Positions 37,630 to 49,659 of a stretch of DNA of 64,000 nt are shown one piece after another. Every line of letters begins with the position of its first letter. The stretch's first letter is position 1. The position numbers and the translations under genes are program-made. The notes under the pieces are model-generated. The model did not search any database, had not been told where the DNA came from, and worked only from the letters and a program-made list of their open reading frames with translations. The DNA comes from Basidiobolus meristosporus CBS 931.73 (taxonomy: Eukaryota > Fungi > Basidiobolomycota), in assembly GCA_002104905.1 (NCBI GenBank), contig MCFE01000385.1, positions 19,470 to 83,469 on the forward strand, in the 5' to 3' direction.

Positions 37630-40600
37630 CTAAATGTTCATACTGACTAGTCCTAATTTTGACCTAAGATATTCAAACTTGTCTCTAGCTAATGGTTTGG
37701 TAAATATGTCTGCAATCATTTCATCTGTAGGACAGTAAACTAAGCTAACTAAGTTATTCTCTATAGCTTCACGTATGAAATGATGTCTAATATCTATGTG
37801 CTTGGTTCTAGCATGAAAAGTTGGATTTCTACCTAATTGTATACATCCTTGATTATCTTGAAATAAAGTAATAGGCGTTTTTTGACATAGGCCTAAATCT
37901 GTAAAGAGCTTTCTTAACCACATTGCTTCTTTTGTAGCTTCACAGGCTGCCATATACTCTGCCTCTGTAGTAGAAAGTGCTACGGTTGGTTGCTTTCTTG
38001 AATTCCATGAAATGGCTCCTTTACAGTAAAGAAAGGTGTATCCTGTGGTGGATCTTCTGTCTTCTAAATTTCGTCCCCAATCAGCATCAGAGTATCCCAC
38101 AAGATCCTGTTCTGAATCCTTATAAGTGTATCTTAAACAGATATCAGCAGTTCCTTTTAGGTATCTAAAAATCCGCTTAACTGCTGCAATATGATCAGAT
38201 CCATAATTCTGATTATGTTGGCTGACAACTCCCACTGAATATGAGATATCTGGACGTGTTCCAAGCATGATATACATCAGACTGCCGACCATAGATTGAT
38301 AAGGAAAGTCAGGGCTTTCAGATGGCACCAAGCTCTCTTGATTTGGTTGAGTTTTGACCAAGTGAAGGTTTGTCTCCATTGGGGTAGCTGCCGGTTTGCA
38401 GTCTTCCATTTTGTACTTCTTTAGTATATCTTGAATATACTTGGATTGGCTTAGGGTAATAGTCTGGGTACTTCTGTCTATGGAGAACTTAATCCCTAAG
38501 TAGTAACTAAGTTCTCCTAGATCGGACATCTTGAACTCCTTAGATAGGCTGGATTTAGTCTCTTCCAATGTTTCTAGGTTATTGGCGGCTATAATAAGAT
38601 CATCCACATATAGAGCTAATAGAACTGGATTTGCTCTATCTGGCTTATAGTATATACTATAGTCAGCATTACTCCTTTTGAAACTCAAAGATTCCAAATA
38701 AGAATCTATCTTGCAATTCCAGGCTCTTGGTGATTGTTTGAGACCATATAGTGACTTTTTAAGCTTGCAGACCAAATGGGGGTTATCTTGGTCAACAAAC
38801 CCATCAGGCTGGTCCATATACACGTCCTCATCAAGTTCTCCATTCAAAAATGCAGTTTTTACATCCATTTGATGAATAAAAAACTTATATTTGGCTGCAA
38901 TAGCCAATATTAATCTGATGGAATTAAACTTGGCTACCGGTGCAAAGGTCTCAGTATAGTCAAGTCCTTTTGTTTGAGAGTATCCTTTGGCTACAAGTCT
39001 TGCTTTGTATCTTTCAATTGTACCATCAGCCTTGTATTTTGTCTTGAAGACCCATCTGCATCCAATTGATTTTCGGTTGATTGGTAATTTGACTAAGTCC
39101 CAAGTTTGATTTTCCATCAGTGCCTGATATTCCTCAGTCATTGCAGATCTCCAAAACTTCGTCTGAGGACTATTTAGGGCCTCTTTTACAGTCTGGGGTT
39201 CATCAACATGGACTGAATAGGCATAGGCTAAGTTTGTACCCTCATTGATATAGTAATTTGGGCTATTTCTTGTCCGATTGGATCTCCGGGCATTTGATAC
39301 TGGAATGATCACTTCTGGGATATTCCTGGGCACTGATTCTGGCTGAACCACGGTTGTAGAGTCCTCTGGAGTGAAAAAATTTTCATTGTTTTGCTCTGAT
39401 TCAATCCTGACAATTGGTGGACTTGAGATCAAATTTTCGTCATCATCTGATGTCATTTTTTGTGAAAATTTTGAATTTTCATTAAACAACACATCCCTGG
39501 ACTTGATCAGCTTCTTTGCTTCGGTATTGTAGAGTCTGTATGCCTTACTCTCATTGCAGTAGCCCAAAAATATGCATTTTACACTTTTTGGCTCAAATTT
39601 TGACTGATTTCCGGCCAGTTTTTTGGCATATGCTGTACACCCAAATATTCTTAGATGTTCTGCACTTGGTCTGTATCCATACCATGCTTCAAATGGAGTA
39701 GAATCACGAAGTATTCTGTTATAACTCCTATTTTTAAGATATACAGCAGTGGCAACTGATTCCGCCCAAAAATCATAGGATAATTTTTGATCATGGATCA
39801 TAGATCTTGCCATATCAATTATTGATCTGTTAGCTCGTTCTGCTACTCCATTTTGCTGTGGGGAGTATGGTACAGTAGTCTCTTGCTTTATCCCATGAAT
39901 TTTGCAGAAGTGGATGAAGAGTTTTGAGGTATATTCTCCACCATTGTCAGAGCGTATTTTCTTGATTTTTTCACCAGTTTCTCTCTCCACCATGGCTTTG
40001 AACTCCCTGAGCTTAGACAGAGCTTCTTCCTTTCTCTCCATGAAGTAGACCCATGTGTATCTTGTATAATCATCAATAAAAGTGATTAAATACTTCATCC
40101 CGCCTAAGGATAAATTTTGCATAGGTCCACACAGATCTGAGTGAATTAGATCTAATTTTTTCTTAGTTTTGATTAACCCAGAGCTCTTGAACGGTTGTCT
40201 GGCTTGTTTCCCATATATGCAGGCTTCACAGTGCTCCAAAATAGCTGGGGGATCAATTTTCACTCCAGAAATTAGCTGATCTTTGATCATTTTACGCAAA
40301 TAATCAAAATTGATGTGTCCAAATCTCCTGTGCCAAAGCATTGGTGTTTCTTCATTTAAGTTACTTATATTGGCTTCCAGATATGATGGAATATAAGTCA
40401 ACTTGTATAGATTCTGATCTCTGATGCCCGAAGCAATATGGGCACCATTTTGATCAGTGATCCTGCATCCAGAATTGTCAAAACTGAAACTGAGTCCTTC
40501 TGCTGTGGCCTTGCTTACAGAGAGTAGGTTCTTGGCTATTTCTGGTACATAGAGTACTTCTTTAAAGGTCAGTGTATGGCTTCCTTCACTGCTTCTAAGG

Positions 40601-41733
40601 TTTACTTGGATAGTTCCTTCTCCCACTGCATCAAGTGTTCTATCGTCACCCATGAAAACCTTCTTAATTGGAATTTCTTGATATTGGGTAAAAAGTTCTT
40701 TTTGGTGTGTAAAGTGTTGAGAAGCTCCAGAGTCAATATACCACGTCTGAGAATCCTTGTTTGTGGTCATATTTAGTGCAGATATGAATAGTCTATCTTC
40801 AGTTGTTGCAGCATTTCCATATTCAGGCTTCTTTTGCTGATAATCTCTCTTTTTGAAACACCGGTCTGATGTGTGTCCTTTCCTTTTGCAGTAGTTGCAA
40901 AATAGGTTGCTGTTGCCTTTGTAGGGTCTTGGGTACCTCCTTTGTTGGTTATCATTGCTTATTAAAGCATTTTCTTCTTCCTTCTCATTGGCGCTTGATT
41001 TTCTTAATTCTTCATCCAGGAGCCTTCCATATACGTAATTTAAGGTCAAATCTTCAGTTCTGGACTCTAGGGCTGATACAAGGCCCTGAAACTCGTCTGT
41101 CAGGCTATTCAGGATGGTAACTATCACATCCTCATCAGTAGTTGGTACGCCCACAGATTCCATCTCATCTACCAGCAGGGTAATTCTGTTAATTAGATTT
41201 TTCATTTCTTCTCCTGGCAGCATCTTTGTAGTAAAGAATTTTCTTCTCAGATACATTTTCTTGGCAGCTGAACATGACTGGTAGGTGTCTTCTAATGCTT
41301 TCCAGGCATTCTTTGCCGTTTTTGCTCTTGAGCATTGAATTAGCAATTTGTCCTTGACATTAAGGCAAATGCAGTTAAAGGCACTTTGTTCTTTCTTCTG
41401 GTACTTCAAGGCTTCCTCTCCCACGTTTTTAGGAGGGCATTCTTCTCCCATGACAATATCCCAAAGGCCTCTTTCTTGTAGCAGCATCTTCATCTTCACC
41501 TTCCACACTTGGTAGTTAGATCCATCCAACTTTTCAGCAGAGGGAAAAATTCCAGTAATAGCAGTAGTAGACATTGCAGAGAGTGACAGCTCGGGGCTCA
41601 TAACCTGTTGTAAGAGTCTTGGAGATATTGGAAGTGATTTGGAGAACAAGTAGATTATGTGGTTTTCACTTAATGATTTATTGAATGTAAAAGTAGTATT
41701 TATACTTTTACATGGTCTTGGCATTACAAACAC
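37630..41733 (-). CDS. Copia Gag-Pol polyprotein (gag, CCHC knuckle, protease, integrase, RT, RNase H), 1367 aa
   Basis: CNYCKRKGHTSDRC, WYIDSGASQH, WHRRFGH..CEAC, LIHSDLCGP, YVDD and YSDADW. The PR-IN-RT-RH order is Copia. Confidence 0.97.
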   Translation of the reverse strand: MFVMPRPCKSINTTFTFNKSLSENHIIYLFSKSLPISPRLLQQVMSPELSLSAMSTTAITGIFPSAEKLDGSNYQVWKVKMKMLLQERGLWDIVMGEECPPKNVGEEALKYQKKEQSAFNCICLNVKDKLLIQCSRAKTAKNAWKALEDTYQSCSAAKKMYLRRKFFTTKMLPGEEMKNLINRITLLVDEMESVGVPTTDEDVIVTILNSLTDEFQGLVSALESRTEDLTLNYVYGRLLDEELRKSSANEKEEENALISNDNQQRRYPRPYKGNSNLFCNYCKRKGHTSDRCFKKRDYQQKKPEYGNAATTEDRLFISALNMTTNKDSQTWYIDSGASQHFTHQKELFTQYQEIPIKKVFMGDDRTLDAVGEGTIQVNLRSSEGSHTLTFKEVLYVPEIAKNLLSVSKATAEGLSFSFDNSGCRITDQNGAHIASGIRDQNLYKLTYIPSYLEANISNLNEETPMLWHRRFGHINFDYLRKMIKDQLISGVKIDPPAILEHCEACIYGKQARQPFKSSGLIKTKKKLDLIHSDLCGPMQNLSLGGMKYLITFIDDYTRYTWVYFMERKEEALSKLREFKAMVERETGEKIKKIRSDNGGEYTSKLFIHFCKIHGIKQETTVPYSPQQNGVAERANRSIIDMARSMIHDQKLSYDFWAESVATAVYLKNRSYNRILRDSTPFEAWYGYRPSAEHLRIFGCTAYAKKLAGNQSKFEPKSVKCIFLGYCNESKAYRLYNTEAKKLIKSRDVLFNENSKFSQKMTSDDDENLISSPPIVRIESEQNNENFFTPEDSTTVVQPESVPRNIPEVIIPVSNARRSNRTRNSPNYYINEGTNLAYAYSVHVDEPQTVKEALNSPQTKFWRSAMTEEYQALMENQTWDLVKLPINRKSIGCRWVFKTKYKADGTIERYKARLVAKGYSQTKGLDYTETFAPVAKFNSIRLILAIAAKYKFFIHQMDVKTAFLNGELDEDVYMDQPDGFVDQDNPHLVCKLKKSLYGLKQSPRAWNCKIDSYLESLSFKRSNADYSIYYKPDRANPVLLALYVDDLIIAANNLETLEETKSSLSKEFKMSDLGELSYYLGIKFSIDRSTQTITLSQSKYIQDILKKYKMEDCKPAATPMETNLHLVKTQPNQESLVPSESPDFPYQSMVGSLMYIMLGTRPDISYSVGVVSQHNQNYGSDHIAAVKRIFRYLKGTADICLRYTYKDSEQDLVGYSDADWGRNLEDRRSTTGYTFLYCKGAISWNSRKQPTVALSTTEAEYMAACEATKEAMWLRKLFTDLGLCQKTPITLFQDNQGCIQLGRNPTFHARTKHIDIRHHFIREAIENNLVSLVYCPTDEMIADIFTKPLARDKFEYLRSKLGLVSMNI
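41594..41605 (-). promoter_or_regulatory. Primer-binding site of internal (half-molecule) tRNAiMet type
   Basis: GGTTATGAGCCC directly after the 5' LTR, matching the Drosophila copia/Ty5-type PBS complementary to the tRNAiMet anticodon arm. Confidence 0.85.
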
Positions 41734-44700
41734 GTAGAATAGATTAAGGAAGGTCCCAAGAACATGTGTGCAAAGTTTGGGGCTGTTTGGACAACTTTGA
41801 GAATTTTCATGTTCTGGGTACCTGGTATTTTGGTGAAAATATTCTAAGTAAATCCCGACAAGGAATTTGGTCAGTATTCTCTAGGATTTGAAGATGATGA
41901 TCTAAGTGACTAAGTTAGGTGAATATTTAGGTGGAAAATACGAATTTTTACAACATATGTAACTTACATGAAGAAACACCAATGCTCTGGGACAGGAGGT
42001 TTGGACAAATCAATTTTAATTATTTGAGCAAAATAATCAATGATCAGCTAGTTTCTGGAATAAAAATTGATCTCTCAGCAAGTTTAGTCCACTGGGAAGC
42101 CTTCATATTCAGGAAACAAGCCAGACAGCTGTTCAAGAGCTCTGGATTGAACAAAACCAAGAAATAATTAGAAGTAATACACTCAGATCTGTATGGCCCA
42201 AAGCAAAATTTATCCTTAGGCCAAATAGCATATATGATCACATTAATTGATGATTATGCAAGGTGCATGTGGATCCACTTCATGGGAAGAAAATAAGAAG
42301 CTCTGTCTAAGTTCAGGGAGCTTGAAGCCATGGTCAAGAGAGAAACTGGTGAAAAAATCAAGAAACTACTATCAGCCCATAACTTGCAATAAACCTCAAA
42401 GCTCTTTGTCCACTTCTACAAAATTCATGGGATAAAGCAAGAGACTAGAGTATTGTACTCCCCAGAGAAAAACAGAGTGGCAGATTGTGTAACAGATCAA
42501 TTATTGATATGACAAAATATATGATGTGTGATTGAAGAATAACCTGTCCCTATCAAAAAAATTTGGTCCTGTGGGTGGATCTGATCTGGATCAGCTGTCA
42601 AAATCCTATCAGGAGACTGCAATATTATCAGCAGCTTGGAATTAACAACCATCTACACAATCTTATGACAGGATCACAACAGTATTTGGCTAATTTTAAA
42701 GCCGAATAAAGTTAAGAACATAATGGTGCTTATACAATATTTTGCCAAGGGTGGCATGGCATTGTTGTGGTCTTAGTGCACTCTACAACTTTTGAGTAGA
42801 TCTACCAGCCAGTTCATCCAATTGCCTTATATGGCAAGAAACTTGACAGTGTTTTGACGGCTTCTTTGCAAGCCTCTCATGGCATTATCACAGAAGCATA
42901 GTGGCCTATAGCTAGTACTTTATAATGCAACTGTACCAATTTACCAAATGGTATTTCCTTTTTCTACCTCCCCTTGTGCAATTCATATAGTCCACTGTAG
43001 AATTACCCCTCTTTATATGCTTACCCACTACTACCTTGGGTATTCCACATATAGCTCAAATCAAAAATTACTATGGCCTCCTGCTTACTAACTTCCACAA
43101 ACATGCATGCCTGCTGCAATTACATACTTCTATCACCTCAACTTTATGACTTTTTAGTGTGATACTTGCAAAGTTGCCATATACCTTGTATTACTGGTAA
43201 CATATACCTCTTGCAAATGTATGCTGGTTACCACCACTTCTGCCATGGATACCTCCTGAATATCTGCAAAGAACCTTTTGGTATTTTGCCAATAGATTTC
43301 TTCCCTCTACTGGAATCTATTTCCCCTTGTGGGTGCCCTCTGGCTCTTGTTTGTGTGATTTCAATTTTTAATGGTGTAGAAGTGGGCTTGTGACCAAGAG
43401 AAATCCAGCAAACCTTGGTAGAGCATTCCTAATAAACATTAGTTGCTTGTTGCACCCAGCCCAACTTTGCATTACTTAACTGATTACCTATGCATTGGGG
43501 CTGCTTAGCTTTGTAATGCCATAGGCGTAGATGTCTCCAAGTACACATCTATCCTCAGTATTTTCCAACTCTTCCTGGCTGTTCTCCATGTGCCAACTCT
43601 TCACATCCATGACAGAATTGAAGGTAATCTTTTTGATGAGATTAGGATATGGTAGTACCTGCAACTTGACTTGTCTTCCTATTTCCCCATACATCTGTTT
43701 CATAGGAAACTCCCAAAAGGTAAAGCAAGGTCCAATATTATCAACACACCAAACAAGATGGAGTAGCCAATGGATACAGTAGCAGCAGAGATCTATGCAT
43801 ACAGCTTTATGTTGGTAGTATAACCACTTGAATCCTGTCACAAACTCTTTGCACAAAAGCTGTGGATGCATCAGGTTGGCATTAGTGATCCGCTTCTGGA
43901 TAAATACTCCTACAATGCCCACATATGACTCCCAATGCTTCTAATGTACTCTTGGTAGAAATGGCTACAGAAGGCCACTTGAATAAATACCTATCCAGTT
44001 CATCCTGTCATTGCACTTGCATTGTTGTATATGTGTACAAATGTTGATTGGAACCTGTGAGAGGTACTTAGGATTGTGGATACTCTGTAATATTGTGCCA
44101 ATTCTTTCAAATTTCTCTGGTATCTTGAAGGGCCCACTTAGCTTGAAATACCCCATGTGCAACTTGATCATCAGCATGTGATATCATTGAAAAGTAAATG
44201 CAATGAAGTGCATTGTACTTCAAATTTCAAAGTTGCTGTTCAATATTTGTCAGCATAATCTTCACAAGTTGCTTTGATTGGCTATATTCTATTGCACTTA
44301 CTCTGAAATCCTTGGTACTCACTCATCTCTTACAGACATGTATACTGAATGGCCATTGCCTATTTTTCACAATCCCTTCTTACTGACTTTACTGGTAATC
44401 TTACTTTCCTGTGCATTCAATAATATATTTCTGTTCAATCTTCAATTGAAATGCAATTGTCAGTTGTACTGACCTACATAAGTCTCTATATCCAGCTTTA
44501 ACCTTAGGCTCAACATCATACAAAGTAAAAAGTTTCATCAACAGCCACCTGTCAATGATCATTTCTGCCTTAATGAGAAAATTGTACCTTAGATGTCACA
44601 GAAGACTTGATCAAAATGCTGGATCACAACAATACCTAAGTGGCTCTTAGTTGGTCAAATATTTCCAATATGTTTGATAGCAAACAATACAAATAACAAC

Positions 44701-44790
44701 AATGCATGGTCTACCTTGTAGGTAGGTACAGCTAGGGCTTTGCCTTGGCACTTGGTGGATTCTGATTAAACAAGTACTCTGCCAGCAAAT

Positions 44791-44808
44791 CCTAACCCTA
44801 ACCCTAAC
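44791..44808 (+). repeat. Three telomere-type hexamers (CCTAAC)3 = (GTTAGG)3 on the minus strand
   Basis: cctaaccctaaccctaac inside the decayed transposase. Confidence 0.8.
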
Positions 44809-44969
44809 TTTGCATGTGTGGCACTGAAAAGCCATTAAGCAAAAGTGATAGAAGTATGTCAATTATAGCAGGTGTTGGCAGATTTGGAGGTCAGTAAACA
44901 GAGGGCCATAGTATTTTTGATTCAAACTATATGTGAGCTAATTGGGGTGGATGTGGGTAAGCAAATAAA

Positions 44970-47900
44970 TGTTGTAAGAGTCTTGGAGATATTGGAAGTG
45001 ATTGGAAGAACAAGTGGATTATGTGGTTTTCACCTAATGATTTATTGAATGTAAAAGTAGTATTTATGCTTTTACCTGGTCTTGGCATTACAAACACATA
45101 AAATAGGTTAAGGAAGGTCCCAAGAGCATGTGTGCAAAGTTTGGGGCTGTTTGGACAACTTTGAGAATTTTCATGTTCTGGGTACCTGGTATTTTGGTGA
45201 AAATATTCTGAGTAAATCCCAACAAGGAATTTGGTCAGTATTCTCTAGAACTTGAGGGTAATGATCTAAGTGACTAGGTTAGGTGAATATTTAGGTGGAA
45301 TTACAAATTTTTACAACACTCCCACTCAGCTAAATGTTCATACTGACTAGTCCTAATTTTGACCTAAAATATTCAAACTTGTCTCTAGCTAATGGCTTGG
45401 TAAATATGTCTGCAATCATTTCAGCTGTAGGACAGTAAACTAAGCTAACTAAGTTATTCTCTATAGCTTCATGTATGAAATGATGTCTAGTATCTATGTG
45501 CTTGGCTCTAGCATGAAAAGTTGGATTTCTACCTAATTGTATACATCCTTGATTATTTTGATATAAAGTAATAGGCATTTTTTGACACAGGCCTAAATCT
45601 GTAAAAAGCTTTCTTAACCACATTGCTTGTTTTGCAGCTTTGCAGGTTGCCATATACTCTGCGTCTGTGGTAGAAAGTGCTACAGTTGGTTGCTTTCTTG
45701 AATTCCATGAAATTGCTGCTTTACAGTAGAGAGAGGTGTATCCTGTGGTGGATCTTCTGACTTCTAAATTTCATCCCCAATCAGCATCAGAGTGTCCCAC
45801 AAGATCCAGTTCTGAATCCTTGTAAGTGTATTGTAAGCAGATATCAGCAATTCCATTTAGGTATCTAAAAATCCGCTTAACTGCTGCAATATGATCAGAT
45901 CCATAGTTCTGATTATGTTGGCTGACAACTCCCACTGAATATGAAATATCTAGACATGTTCCAAGCATGATATACATCAGACTGCCAACCATAGATTGAT
46001 AAGGAAAGTCAGGGCATTCAGATGGCACCAAGCTCTCCTGATTTGGTTGACTTTTGACCAAGTTAAGGTTTGTTTCCATTGGGGTAGCTGCTGGTTTACA
46101 GTCTACCATTTGGTACTTCTTTAGTATATCTGGAATATACTTGGATTGGCTTAGGGTATTAGTCTGGGTACTTCTGTCTATGGAGAAATTAATCCCTAAG
46201 TAGTAACTAAGTTCTCCTAGATTGGACATCTTGAACTCCTTAGATAGGCTGGATTTAGTCTCTTCCAATGTTTCTAGGTTATTGGCGGCTATGATAAGAT
46301 CATCCACATATAGAGCTAATAGAACTGGATTTGCTCTATCTGGCTTATAGTACTTACTATAGTCAGCATTACTCCTTTTGAAACTCAAAGATTCCAGATA
46401 AGAATCTATCTTGCAATTGCAGGCTCTTGGTGATTGTTTGAGACCATATAGTGACTTTTTAAGCTTGCAGACCAAATGGGGGCTATCTTGGTCAGCAAAC
46501 CCATAAGGCTGGTCCATATACATATCCTCATCAAGTTCTCCATTCAAAAATGCAGTTTTAACATCCATTTGATGAATAAAAAACTTATATTTGGCTGTAA
46601 TAGCCAATATTAATCTGATGGAATTAAACTTGGCTACCAGTGCAAAGGTCTCAGTATAGTCAAGTCCTTTGGTTTGAGAGTATCCTTTGGCCACAAGTCT
46701 TGCTTTGTATCTTTCAATTGTACCATCAGCCTTGTATTTTGTCTTGAAGACCCATCTGCATCCAATTGATTTTTGGTTGATTGGTGATTTGACAAAGTCC
46801 CATGTTTGATTTTCCATCAGGGCCTGATATTCCTCAGTCATTGCAGATCTCCAAAACTTTGTCTGAGGGCTATTTAGGGCCTCTTTTACAGTCTGGGGCT
46901 CATCAATATGAACTGAATAGGCATAGGCTAAGTTTGCACCCTCATTGGTGTAGTTGTTTGGGCTATTTCTAGTCCAGTTGGATCTCCGGGCATTTGCTAC
47001 TGGAATGATCACTTCTGGGATATTCCTGGGCACTGATTCTGGCTGAACCATGGTTGTAGAGTCCTGTGGAGTGAAAAAATTCTCATTGTTTTGCTCTGAT
47101 TCAATCCTGGCAATTGGTAGATTTGAGATCAGATTTTTGTCATCATCTAATATCATTTTTTGTGAAAATTTTGAATTTTCATCAAACAACACATCCCTAG
47201 ACTTGTTTAGCTTCTTTGCTTTGGTATTGTAGAGTCTGTATGCTTTACTCTCATTGTAGTAGCCCAAAAATATGCATTTTACACTTTATGGCTCAAATTT
47301 TGACTGATTTTCAGGCGGTTTCTTGGCATATGCTGTACACCCAAATATTCTTAGATGCTCTGCACTTGGTCTGTATCCATACCATGCTTCAAATGGAGTA
47401 GAATTATGAGGTATTCTGTTATAACTTTTATTTTTAAGATATACAGCAGTGGCGACTGATTCCACCCAAAAATTATAGGATAATTTTTGATCATGGATCA
47501 TAGATCTTGCCATATCAATTATTGATCTGTTAGCATGTTCTGCTACTCCATTTTGCTGTGGGGAGTATGGTACAGTGGTCTCTTGCTTTATCCCATGAAT
47601 TTTGCAGAAGTGGATGAAGAGCTTTGATGTATATTCTCCACCAATGTCAGAGCATATTTTCTTGATTTTTTCACTAGTTTCTCTCTCCACCATGGCTTTA
47701 AACTCCTAGAACTTAGACAGAGCTTCTTCCTTTCTCTCTGTGAAGTAGACCCATGTGTATCTTGTATAATCATCAATAAAAGTGATGAAATACTTCATCC
47801 TGCCTAATGATAAATTTTGCAAAGGTCCACACAGTTCTGAGTGAATTAGATCTAATTTTTTCTTAGTTTTCATTAACCCAGAGCTCTTGAACAGTTGTCT

Positions 47901-49659
47901 GGCTTGTTTCCCATATATGCAGGCTTTGCAGTGCTCCAAATTTGCTGGGGGATCAATTTTTACTCCAGAAGTTAGCTGAACTTTGATCATTTTGTGCAAA
48001 TGATCAAAATTGATGTGCCCAAATCTCCTGTGCCAAAGCATTGGTGTTTCTTTGTTTAATTTACTTGCATTGGCTTCCAAATATGATGGAATATAAGTCA
48101 ACTTGTATAGATTCTGATCTCTGATACCTGAAGCAATATGGGCACCATTTTGATCCATGATCTTGCATCCAGAATTGTCAAAGCGGAAACTGAGTCCTTC
48201 TGCTGTGGCCTTGCTTACAGATTGTAGGTTCTTGGCTATTTCTGGTACATGGAGTACTTCTTTAAAGTTCAGTGTATGGCTTCCTTCACTGCTTCTTAGG
48301 TTTACTTGGATAGTTCCTTCTCCCACTGCATCAAGTGTACTTTTGCCACCCATGAAAACCTTCATAACTGGAATTTCTTGATATTGGGTAAAAAGTTCTT
48401 TTTGGTGCGTAAAGTGTTGAGATGCTCCAGAATCAATATACCACATCTGAGAATCCTTGTTTGTGGTCATATTTAGTGCAGATATGAATAGTCTATCTTC
48501 AGTTGTTGCAGCATTTCCATATTCAGGCTTTTTCTGCTGACTATCTTTCTTTTTGAAGCACCGGTCTGATGTGTGTCCTTTCCTTTTGCAGTAGTTGCAA
48601 AACAGGTTGCTGTTGCCTTTGTAGGGTCTTGGGTACCTCCTTTGTTGGTTGTCATTGCTTATTAAATCATTTTCTTCTTCCTTCTTATTGGTGCTTGATT
48701 TGCTTAACTCTTCATCCAGGAGCCTTCCATATACATAATTTAAGGTCAAATCTTCAGTTCTGGACTCTACAGCTGATACAAGGCCCTGAAGCTTTTCTGT
48801 CAGGCTATTCAGGATGGTAAATATCACATCCTCATCTGTAGTTGGTACTCCCACAGATTCCATCTCATGTACTAGCAGGGTAATTCTGTTAATTAGGTTT
48901 TTCATTTCTTCTCCTGGCAGCATCTTTGTGGTAAAGAATTTTTGTCTCAGATACATTTTCTTAGCAGCTGAACATGACTGGTAGGTGTCTTCTAATGCCT
49001 TCCAGGCATTCTTTGCCATTTTTGCTCTTGAGCATTGAATAAGCAATTTGTCCTTAACATTAAAGCAAATGCAGTTAAAGGCACCTTGTTCTTTCTTCTG
49101 GAACTTTGAGGCTTCCTCTTCCATGTTTTTAGGGGGGCATTATTCTCCCATGACAATATCCCAAAGGCCTCTTTCTTGTAGCAGCATTTTCATCTTCATC
49201 TTCACCTTCCACACTTGGGAGTTAGATCCATCCAACTTTTCAGCAGAGGGAAAAACTCCAGTAATAGCAGCAGTAGACATTGCAGAGAGTGACAGCTTGG
49301 GGCTCATAACCTGTTGTAGGAGTCTTGGAGATATTGGAAGTGATTGGAAGAACAAGTGGATTATGTGGTTTTCACCTAATGATTTATTGAATGTAAAAGT
49401 AGTATTTATGCTTTTACCTGGTCTTGGCATTACAAACATGTAAATAGGTTAAGGAAGGTCCCAAGAGCATGTGTGCAAAGTTTGGGGCTGTTTGGACAAC
49501 TTTGAGAATTTTCATGTTCTGGGTACCTGGTATTTTGGTAAAAATATTCTGAGTAAATCCCAACAAGGAATTTGGTCAGTATTCTCTAGAATTTGAGGGT
49601 AATGATTTAAGTGACTAAGTTAGGTGAATATTTAGGTGGAATTACAAACTTTTACAACA
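44970..49659 (-). mobile_element. Full-length Copia copy 'B' of the same family, disabled by premature stops
   Basis: LTRs 44970-45318 and 49312-49659 with about 8 differences, all transitions. TSD ATAAA on both sides, same PBS and PPT. ORF broken by stops near 49130, 47700, 47290 and 45771 (CGA>TGA). Confidence 0.95.

Larger units (their letters stand above)
37269..41955 (-). mobile_element. Intact full-length Ty1/Copia LTR retrotransposon ('A'), 4687 bp
   Basis: LTRs 37269-37618 and 41606-41955 (350 bp, TGTTGTAA..TTACAACA) read identical by eye. TSD TATGT (37264-68 / 41956-60), PBS GGTTATGAGCCC, PPT TGAGTGGGAG, single intact gag-pol ORF. Confidence 0.97.
35055..42536 (+). mobile_element. 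Old degenerate Ty1/Copia copy ('C'): 5' LTR, gag, protease, 5' integrase; interrupted by three insertions and 3'-truncated
   Basis: Decayed LTR 35055-35676 followed by GCTAATGAGCCCC (decayed PBS). Gag/PR homology to the intact copy (DGSNYQV, WYIDSGA). The frame YKLTY..LEVRLC|NLHEETPMLWDRRFG continues across the insertion at 37269-41955. Confidence 0.85.

Noticed and set aside
41931-42167. 78-aa ORF starting inside the LTR
   Set aside because: A chance fusion of the end of Copia A's LTR with the interrupted pre-integrase frame of old copy C.
37269-49659. CRISPR-like or tandem array interpretation of the recurring 350-bp sequences
   Set aside because: They are LTRs with TG..CA ends, PBS, PPT and TSDs in a eukaryotic genome. 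There is no repeat-spacer structure.
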